NCBI GenBank assembly: GCA_022842685.1
Contig: JALHPC010000009.1
Location: 5,353 to 69,352 of the forward strand
DNA: 64,000 nt
Reading direction: 5' to 3'
Source: Candidatus Kapaibacterium sp.
GTDB lineage: Bacteria > Bacteroidota > Ignavibacteria > Kapaibacteriales > Kapaibacteriaceae
The notes under the pieces: generated by a model
What the model saw: the letters and a program-made list of their open reading frames with translations, nothing else
Database searches by the model: none
Told to the model about the DNA's origin: nothing
Made by a program: the position numbers and the translations under genes
Shown: positions 57,218-64,000 of the stretch, piece by piece
How positions within the stretch are numbered: position 1 is the first letter of the stretch
Layout of the letters: each line of letters opens with the position of its first letter

Positions 57218-57303
57218 GCTGCTCTTTCTTGGGGTCTTGGTGGTTTAGATAGTGCCGGTCGGCCTATCCTTCATGGTCGCGTTGACCCTTACTGTTGTAA
57301 ATT

Positions 57304-58692
57304 GTGCACAAAATGGATGCCAAGAACCATACAGGCCCGACGATTACTGCTATCGCTACTCCTCCCGGAGTAGGCGGTCTTGCCGTTATACGTTGTTCTG
57401 GTCCAGACGCTATACGAGTTGCTGAAGCCTCGTTCAGGGGAAAGGCAACGTTAGAAGACACGCCAGGACATACCATTAGGTATGGGTGGTGGTATTCTTC
57501 TGGTGAGATCGTTGATTCGGTCACCGTCTCTGTGTATCGGGCGCCTAACTCGTACACAGGCGAGGATGTTGTGGAGATTGGATGTCATGGTGGGCCGTTT
57601 GTGGCGCGACAGATATTGTCTGATTGTTTAGCGTTAGGTGCTCGACTAGCTGGTCCAGGCGAGTTCACGCAGCGAGCTTTTACTAATGGCAAGCTGGACA
57701 TGACGCAGGTCGAGGCAGTTGCAGACCTCATTCATGCACAGTCCAAGCTCGGAGCTCAGGCAGCAGCCCGTCAACTTCACGGCGGCTTTGTATCGAAACT
57801 ATCGGCGATTCGATCGGAATTGGTTCAGGTTGCTGGTTTGCTTGAGCTCGAACTTGATTTTTCAGAAGAGGACCTTGAGTTTGTTGATCGCACTGATGTT
57901 GCGCATCGGCTAACGTCTGTGATTGTGTTGTGCCAGAATCTTGCGGCTTCGTCTGCAGGAGCAGAGATTTTGAGATCAGGGTTTCATGTTGCTATTGTTG
58001 GCTATCCCAATGCTGGAAAGAGCACGTTGTTTAATGCTCTCTTAGGGCGGGATCGCGCTATTGTAAGCGACGTCGAAGGAACCACGCGTGATTACCTCGT
58101 GGAACAGGTCATTATTGAGGGCACGACAGTCCACCTAGCTGATACAGCAGGCATCCGGCCCACTTCTGATACCATCGAGCTTCAGGGCATCCACCTTACA
58201 CACAAACTCGTCCAAGAAAGTAACGCCGTTATACTTGTGAACGATTCTACAAGGGGCGTCGACTACTCTACGGAACTTCTTGAAGATGTTCACCGCGTGT
58301 TCGGTCAAAAGAGTATTCTCTTGGCACATAATAAGTCCGACCTTGGGATGATGAACGATTCGTACATACCAAAAGGTTTGTTCCCTTCCGTGTTCGTCTC
58401 TTCGAGCGTTGGAACTGGGCTTGACGAGATTCGAAACTGGATTGCTGCTCAGATTTCAGTGGAAACTTCGATTGTTCATGATGTTCTTGTGAACCAACGT
58501 CACGCTGTGTTGTTGTCGACACTTGCCGATCGGTGTAGAGATGCCAAGCTGGCTCTTGAGGCTGGGTTGTCGCCAGACATGGCGGCAACAGACATTCGGC
58601 TAGCGATCAGCACCATTGGTGAGTTAACGGGTGAGACGTGGAATCCGGAGATTCTTGAGAATGTCTTTTCATCCTTCTGCATAGGAAAGTAA
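57304..58692 (+). CDS. mnmE: tRNA modification GTPase MnmE
   Basis: N-terminal domain IAIATPPGVGGLAVIRCSG. G-domain GYPNAGKSTLFNALL. C-terminal CIGK. Confidence 0.9.
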   Translation: MHKMDAKNHTGPTITAIATPPGVGGLAVIRCSGPDAIRVAEASFRGKATLEDTPGHTIRYGWWYSSGEIVDSVTVSVYRAPNSYTGEDVVEIGCHGGPFVARQILSDCLALGARLAGPGEFTQRAFTNGKLDMTQVEAVADLIHAQSKLGAQAAARQLHGGFVSKLSAIRSELVQVAGLLELELDFSEEDLEFVDRTDVAHRLTSVIVLCQNLAASSAGAEILRSGFHVAIVGYPNAGKSTLFNALLGRDRAIVSDVEGTTRDYLVEQVIIEGTTVHLADTAGIRPTSDTIELQGIHLTHKLVQESNAVILVNDSTRGVDYSTELLEDVHRVFGQKSILLAHNKSDLGMMNDSYIPKGLFPSVFVSSSVGTGLDEIRNWIAAQISVETSIVHDVLVNQRHAVLLSTLADRCRDAKLALEAGLSPDMAATDIRLAISTIGELTGETWNPEILENVFSSFCIGK

Positions 58693-58695
58693 CAC

Positions 58696-59232
58696 ATGCC
58701 GATTCATGCTTTGGAACTCCGACCGCTTGAGCACAGCGACCTTGAAGAGTTCATCGACCTTCAACGCAATGCACTAGAGCATGCACCGGAGCTCTTTGGT
58801 TCAGACTACGATTGGGTTCAGTCTCTGTCAATTCTCAACATAGAACAGCGCTTTTCGAAGTATCAGTCCTATCCTACCAATTTTATACTTGGAGCTTTCG
58901 ACCAGTCGGATGGATTGGTTGGGATGGTCGGATTTAGCTGCGATCATCATAGTTCGAAGCTTCGACATAAGGCTCGTGTTTGGAGTATGTTTGTTCTGCC
59001 AGATTATCGCGGCAAGGGTCTGGCAACGATGCTCATGGAGTCCATCATCGACACCGCGCACAATGTCCTTGACTGTGAACAGATACAACTCTCCGTAAGT
59101 ACCCAAAACGTGGCCTCTTACTCGCTGTACCTACGATTAGGGTTCACTGTATACGGAACAGAATTGCACGCCTTGAAGGTTGGCTCTGAATATGTCGATG
59201 AATACTTGATGGTCAAGTTCCTCAGGCGTTAA
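58696..59232 (+). CDS. GNAT family N-acetyltransferase
   Basis: Acetyl-CoA binding motif A-like RGKGLATMLMESII. About 178 aa. Confidence 0.7.
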   Translation: MPIHALELRPLEHSDLEEFIDLQRNALEHAPELFGSDYDWVQSLSILNIEQRFSKYQSYPTNFILGAFDQSDGLVGMVGFSCDHHSSKLRHKARVWSMFVLPDYRGKGLATMLMESIIDTAHNVLDCEQIQLSVSTQNVASYSLYLRLGFTVYGTELHALKVGSEYVDEYLMVKFLRR

Positions 59233-59559
59233 CGTTCCACGTGAAACAGCTCTTCACCGCCGAAAGAGGTCTGTAGGCGTTGTTTACGTGAGGTTGGGGG
59301 GTCACGTTAGGATAACCATGACGTGATGTCCTTGCATACCCTCAGAGTCGGGGGCCGTATCAGAGGTAAAGGAACCAAACATCGAATCGTCTTGACAGAC
59401 GTTCTGGCGGCTACTTGGCAAAAGGTCTCGGCGCGGGAAGTCAGCCACGCTTTGCATGCGCGGTGGCAGTCTGTGACTGCCCTTTGCCATTCGAGCGGCG
59501 GTTGTTCTTTCAACGTCTCGGGTGAGATTATGAGACAGCCCCGATGTGTCGGTCCATGC

Positions 59560-59800
59560 CAGAGGGAGGGTCTGTAGGGCGGTTCCTGCCAGAAGCAGGC
59601 CTGTTGGACGTGTCGTTGTCTGATTCGGGATCTGAGGGGCGTATAGCATTATGAGGCAAGGTCTGTGGGTGCGTAGCAACGAAAGGCATTGCCTGTGCGG
59701 GCCCATAGCATCAACAGGCTTTCTTTAGGTGGCCTCTCCCTGCCGGAAACGATGTCTGTGGGGCGTTTCCCCGCCGGAGGCAGAGTCTGTGGCCGTGGTT
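59560..59800. repeat. Degenerate ~30-33-nt tandem repeat array, about 7 copies with core (g)tctgtRGGgcg, inside a 680-nt non-coding region
   Basis: Core occurrences near 59568, 59600, 59626, 59659, 59690, 59750 and 59783. The units carry cc(t/g)gcc(a/g)ga(a/g)gca prefixes. Confidence 0.4.
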
Positions 59801-59856
59801 TTCTCATTAGTACAGAACCATGCTCACCTCTTCGTAGTTTTGCAGTCCGCGCGTTA

Positions 59857-59876
59857 AACGTTTCACGTGAAACGTT
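59857..59876. promoter_or_regulatory. Perfect 20-bp palindrome aacgtttcacgtgaaacgtt about 40 bp upstream of mnmG. A near-copy (59227-59247) overlaps the stop of the GNAT gene.
   Basis: Seen directly. Candidate operator, or terminal repeats of a small inserted element. Confidence 0.45.
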
Positions 59877-59914
59877 AATATCAACTTCCACACTCTTGCC
59901 CCATCTTAGAATCC

Positions 59915-61780
59915 ATGCCTAACAGTTCTGTTCTTGACGTGATTGTCATTGGCGGTGGTCACGCTGGCATCGAAGCTGCGTCAGCCGCATCTCGGATGGG
60001 CATGCGCACGGCACTCATCACGATGGACCGTGACACTATTGGCAGACTTTCGTGTAATCCATCCATCGGAGGAAGTGCCAAAGGGCATCTTGCAACCGAG
60101 ATTGATGCGCTGGGTGGGGTTATGGCGCGATTGGCAGATGCATCGGGGATACAATTCAAGATGCTAAACACCTCGAAAGGAGCAGCTGTTTGGTCTCCAC
60201 GGTCACAAAACGACAAAGACCTGTATCCTAGGTATGCACAATCTTACCTAACTACTCTGTCGAATCTATCCGTAATATCACAATCCGTCACCAGTCTCAT
60301 AATCAAGGGAGACACGGTCAAAGGGGTCATAACCGACAGCGGCATTGAGCTGTTCTCTACTGCCGTGGTATTGTGTTCAGGCACATTCCTCAATGGCGTA
60401 ATGTACACCGGTCTAACTGCCACTAAAGGTGGGCGCGTAGATGAGCGACCATCTGAGCATGTCTCAGACGTTCTGGCTGCCTTCGGACTTGAGCGAGGAC
60501 GACTGAAAACCGGAACCCCGCCACGGATTGATAGCCGTTCAGTCGATCTATCCCTCTGCACTCCTCATAATGGCGATGATGTTCCCAAACCCTTTTCGAT
60601 TCATACGAAATCGGTAAAAAACCGCCTCGCGTGCTGGCAAACCAGTACGTCTACAACCACACACGACATCCTCCGTACCGGCTTCGATCGATCCCCAATG
60701 TTTACAGGTGCAATCCGCGGTGTAGGTCCTAGGTACTGCCCTTCTATCGAAGATAAGATTGATCGTTTTGCCGACAAAGAGACACATCCGATAGTACTCG
60801 AACCCGAAGGACTATTTACAAACTCTGTCTACGTTAACGGCTTTTCGACGAGTCTTCCTGCAGATGTACAAGATCAGGGGCTCCGCAGTATCCCTGCGTT
60901 GCGGAATGCCAGTGTTATTCGATACGGTTATGCGGTTGAATACGACTTCTTCTTTCCTTACCAGCTCAAGCCCACGCTGGAAACGAAGGCAATTCAAGGC
61001 CTATTTTTCGCCGGTCAGATTAACGGAACATCTGGCTACGAAGAAGCCGCTTCACAAGGTCTCATCGCTGGAATCAATGCAGCGCTGCTTGTTCGTGGTG
61101 AAGGTCCGTTCACCCTTCAGCGATCACAAGCCTACATCGGCGTACTTATCGACGATTTAGTTAACAAGAACACCGAAGAACCATACCGTATCTTCACGTC
61201 TCTGGCAGAGTATCGCCTGCTCCTGCGTATCGATACAGCATATGACCGCCTTCTTCCACATGGTCATGCTCTAGGCCTCGTGCCCGATTCTGTTAAGGGG
61301 CACTGGGAACGCAAGCGGACAATGGCAGAACAACTCGAGTCGTGGATTGACTCTCAGCGATGCCGACCCGATCAAATCAACGACTACCTAACGGAAATCA
61401 ACGAAGACAGTATCTCCGAGTCAACACCTCTTCGGGTAATCGCTCGACGACCTGTCGCGAAGCTCCGCGACCTCATCAATACTCTCGATTACCCTAGAAG
61501 GCATCTCCTCGTTGAACATCCCGACGTCGTACACAATGTTGAGACATCCGTGATGTACGAGGGATACATAAAGAAGCTCGAACGCGAAGCAGCCCGCTTT
61601 CAGGACAACGAGAAGAAACGTATCCCAGATGACTTTTCGTATATGACCATTTCGTCGCTGTCTATGGAGGCACGCGAGAAACTTACTCGCATAAGGCCTG
61701 GTTCACTGGGCCAAGCATCTCGTATCCCTGGCGTAAGCGCTACAGATGTTGCGGTGCTTGCCCTGCACCTTCGTTCCTAG
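59915..61780 (+). CDS. mnmG: tRNA uridine 5-carboxymethylaminomethyl modification enzyme MnmG (GidA)
   Basis: FAD-binding N-terminus VIVIGGGHAGIEAASAASRMG. GidA signature regions. 621 aa. Confidence 0.9.
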   Translation: MPNSSVLDVIVIGGGHAGIEAASAASRMGMRTALITMDRDTIGRLSCNPSIGGSAKGHLATEIDALGGVMARLADASGIQFKMLNTSKGAAVWSPRSQNDKDLYPRYAQSYLTTLSNLSVISQSVTSLIIKGDTVKGVITDSGIELFSTAVVLCSGTFLNGVMYTGLTATKGGRVDERPSEHVSDVLAAFGLERGRLKTGTPPRIDSRSVDLSLCTPHNGDDVPKPFSIHTKSVKNRLACWQTSTSTTTHDILRTGFDRSPMFTGAIRGVGPRYCPSIEDKIDRFADKETHPIVLEPEGLFTNSVYVNGFSTSLPADVQDQGLRSIPALRNASVIRYGYAVEYDFFFPYQLKPTLETKAIQGLFFAGQINGTSGYEEAASQGLIAGINAALLVRGEGPFTLQRSQAYIGVLIDDLVNKNTEEPYRIFTSLAEYRLLLRIDTAYDRLLPHGHALGLVPDSVKGHWERKRTMAEQLESWIDSQRCRPDQINDYLTEINEDSISESTPLRVIARRPVAKLRDLINTLDYPRRHLLVEHPDVVHNVETSVMYEGYIKKLEREAARFQDNEKKRIPDDFSYMTISSLSMEAREKLTRIRPGSLGQASRIPGVSATDVAVLALHLRS

Positions 61781-61847
61781 ATGGTCGCATTCCTTACGTC
61801 TGCAATTTACACTTATACAGTAAGTTATTTTATAATTACTGGGTGTG

Positions 61848-63986
61848 TTATCGCTGGATTACTAGTCGCTGCTGCACTACGCCCTGTGGTGTGTCAACCA
61901 CAACCATGTAAGTACCAGAAGCTAAAGTGTGTACATCTACATGCCCTCCCTGTCCAACAAGCTGCTGTTGAGCAACTGCAATACCATGCATATCAAAGAT
62001 GGTCACGCGTTCTGTTTGCAAGGGGGCACTGATATACAATACGTCGAATGCAGGGTTTGGCGCAAGCGTGAGCCCAATCTTTGGTTCTGAGTCATCGTGA
62101 ACTGTGGTGGCAGGAGCTATGCGCACGGTCCACTCTGATGCAAAGGAACTAACAACAGTATCCTGACCGACGCTACGTATGCGCATGGTGTACACGTCGC
62201 CTGGCGTGGCGGTCGCAGGTACTCGCCATAGAAATGCCTCGGTTGCGGCTGGTACAGTTTCACGGATGACAATCGAGGGTTCACCATCACGAAGAAGCTC
62301 AAGCCGCACCGCGCCTGGCAGATTCGTAGACCAACGGATGATGTAGCTGCTGTCTGTCGTCCAAACGACATCTGTCGTTGGAGTTGTTATCGAAACGAAT
62401 GGATTGACAACCTCGAAGGTATCAAGTGTGTTGTCGATGGTGGATTGTCCTTGATTGTTGGACGCTCCAGTTGTCCATGTATAGACACCATTGGTGTCGA
62501 ACCTAAAGGTAAAACGGTCTCGATTGCCGCTCTGCGTAGAAAGAACGGTCTCGCCATCGGCTGCGCGCACTTCCGAGGCAATTCGGTCGAACTGTCCTTG
62601 CGGAGAGGTTACGAACGACGTGGCTACACCTCGAGCAATCTTACGGCCACCCACGGGAAAGAGCCGCCGCGGCGCTAGCAGGTCAGATGGTGCCACCCAC
62701 CATCCAAAACAGAACTCACCTAGAGATACATCCGAAACAATGATCTGCCTCGTGGTAGGGTTGAAACGAGTAGGCAACGGTTTAAATACTCCCGATCCGA
62801 TGGTGTCTCTGCGGAAGACGACGACATCTTGTAACCTCGATGTTATACCCAGGGTATCGACACGAAAACGAATCGTTGCCTTGTGAGAGACGATTCCATC
62901 CTGAAACGACTCTATACGCACAGGTGCAATGTTGGGTGTACGAGAACCGTACTTCCGCAACGAATCAACGTCGAAACGAGGATCTATGGGAGCGTAAGGA
63001 GCCCGACGTACGGTGCTTGTATTATAGAAAAACGACTGAAGGGAATCGTACGTGATATTAACACCGGTCTTTACGTTCCCTCGATTATAGTCGTATGTGT
63101 TGCTTTCAAGAAGTTCGTCGATTAGCACGTCTGCTGTTGTTGCACGCAAGGGCCAAGGCAGTTTCGTCACCTTGTACGGATAGGCATCTCGTTGGCTAGA
63201 AAACTCAAAGACAACGTTGTTGTTCTCGTCGATTTCAGTCACTGCTGGTGCACCATCGAACACTGCTGATCCCCAAGCAATCACACGGTGTCCGTCTGGA
63301 AGTGTTTCGATTGCCCCTTGCAAGCTTGTGTAAATGTCGGGAACATGTCTATACTCCCAAACCTTTGTACAAGTTTTTGCAGCTTCGTCGAGTTTGTATT
63401 CTACGCCTCGACTGAACTGCGGGGACTTCTGCGTACCATTATCAAACATGGTAATGTTGCCATTAGGAAGACGAACAACATGGTGCTGATAGCTGAAGTA
63501 GTTAGGAGCGTTTGATTCGTTCTCGTTGATGAACGTGAACTGATTGAGTTTGCCGCCGAGAATCCAGATAACCTCACCGGTTGTGCGATGAACTTTAAGC
63601 ACAACAGACGAATGGCGACCACTTAGGAGCAAATGACCGTCATCATCAACCCAGATGGAGTTGTTATGGATGTATCGGATTGCTGCTGCTGTAAGGTCCT
63701 CGTACGACGCAGTGACGGGGAAATGGTCGAGACTTCTCCATTGAAAGACAACGGTTCCAGAGGGCTCCACTTCCTGAACCAATGCCTGCGTTATCTGTGC
63801 GGCTGGATTCCCATTTGGGACGAGCTTCGACATGTCAACAGTAACGACTTCTTGGATGAGCATAAGGCGATTCCCGTTTGGTAAGAGCAAGAAATCATGC
63901 ATAGCCATATTCTTACCAAACCCAACTGTGTATTCGTTGACTGGTTGGAGGTTTGTATCCAATACGATGGCACGGCTGGCAGCCAA
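61848..63986 (-). CDS. ASST-like beta-propeller protein with T9SS C-terminal sorting domain (paralog 4). Its N-terminus probably lies beyond the window end.
   Basis: YIHNNSIWVDDDGHLLLSGRHSSVVLKVHRTTGEVIWILGG and FSYQHHVVRLPNGNITMFDNG motifs. Sorting-domain tail LAPNPAFDVLYISAPLQTERVTIFDMHGIAVA...GTYMVVVDT. The ORF runs to within 14 nt of the window edge. Confidence 0.5.
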   Translation of the reverse strand: MAASRAIVLDTNLQPVNEYTVGFGKNMAMHDFLLLPNGNRLMLIQEVVTVDMSKLVPNGNPAAQITQALVQEVEPSGTVVFQWRSLDHFPVTASYEDLTAAAIRYIHNNSIWVDDDGHLLLSGRHSSVVLKVHRTTGEVIWILGGKLNQFTFINENESNAPNYFSYQHHVVRLPNGNITMFDNGTQKSPQFSRGVEYKLDEAAKTCTKVWEYRHVPDIYTSLQGAIETLPDGHRVIAWGSAVFDGAPAVTEIDENNNVVFEFSSQRDAYPYKVTKLPWPLRATTADVLIDELLESNTYDYNRGNVKTGVNITYDSLQSFFYNTSTVRRAPYAPIDPRFDVDSLRKYGSRTPNIAPVRIESFQDGIVSHKATIRFRVDTLGITSRLQDVVVFRRDTIGSGVFKPLPTRFNPTTRQIIVSDVSLGEFCFGWWVAPSDLLAPRRLFPVGGRKIARGVATSFVTSPQGQFDRIASEVRAADGETVLSTQSGNRDRFTFRFDTNGVYTWTTGASNNQGQSTIDNTLDTFEVVNPFVSITTPTTDVVWTTDSSYIIRWSTNLPGAVRLELLRDGEPSIVIRETVPAATEAFLWRVPATATPGDVYTMRIRSVGQDTVVSSFASEWTVRIAPATTVHDDSEPKIGLTLAPNPAFDVLYISAPLQTERVTIFDMHGIAVAQQQLVGQGGHVDVHTLASGTYMVVVDTPQGVVQQRLVIQR

Positions 63987-64000
63987 GGCGCCAGTACCCG

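Noticed and set aside
59560-59800. Possible CRISPR array (regularly spaced short repeats)
   Set aside because: The repeats are only about 12-nt cores, highly degenerate, and contiguous with no unique spacers. There are no cas genes nearby. This is better described as a degenerate minisatellite.

Overview
This 64-kb window appears to come from a diderm bacterium with a type IX secretion system (T9SS). Several large secreted proteins end in the T9SS C-terminal sorting domain. A Shine-Dalgarno-like AGGAG is seen ahead of at least one gene. GC looks moderate, roughly 50%, estimated by eye.

The right two-thirds (about 24.7-64 kb) is mostly housekeeping:
- tlpA-like thioredoxin, rmlD-like reductase, comM
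- an rnhA-dut-rpiB-PIG-L deacetylase operon and a cytochrome c
- a truncated dcw cluster (rsmH-murF-mraY-glycosyltransferase)
- ispD, an Omp85 protein, an isoaspartyl peptidase/asparaginase, coaX-birA, mnmE, a GNAT acetyltransferase and mnmG

Between these sit four paralogous ASST-like beta-propeller proteins (three in tandem), each with FN3-like repeats and a T9SS sorting domain. There are also an Ig-repeat T9SS protein and a BNR propeller.

The left third (0.5-24.7 kb) is the accessory part and the most interesting. A six-gene operon of about 19 kb sits on the minus strand (22760 down to 3799). Its genes are tightly coupled, with ATGA and other short overlaps. It runs, in order:
- a very large outer-membrane beta-barrel protein with N-terminal repeated beta-sandwich domains
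- a secreted protein carrying the same domain pair
- a 1.6k-aa protein whose N-terminus is homologous to the SpvB/TcB N-terminal domain of Tc insecticidal toxins, followed by degenerate YD repeats
- a DUF11 protein ending in two YD repeats
- a small secreted protein
- a 2367-aa RHS/YD-repeat protein with the canonical RHS core (..DPLT..DWDGL) and a 210-aa C-terminal variable domain with no recognisable catalytic motif

No TcA-like component, PAAR/VgrG or immunity gene is present. A TPR-LuxR regulator lies immediately upstream. A 1.5-kb non-coding gap and a standalone OLD-family (ABC ATPase-Toprim) nuclease lie downstream.

I interpret this as a non-canonical, possibly undescribed Tc-toxin-like RHS delivery system. 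It appears to pair a TcB/TcC-like cocoon with a dedicated outer-membrane barrel instead of a TcA syringe.

Other oddities:
- compound tandem repeats in a divergent promoter
- a 620-bp repeat-rich non-coding element bounded by CACGTG-centred palindromes upstream of mnmG
- REP-like hairpin pairs
- an 18-bp-arm palindrome upstream of the LuxR regulator
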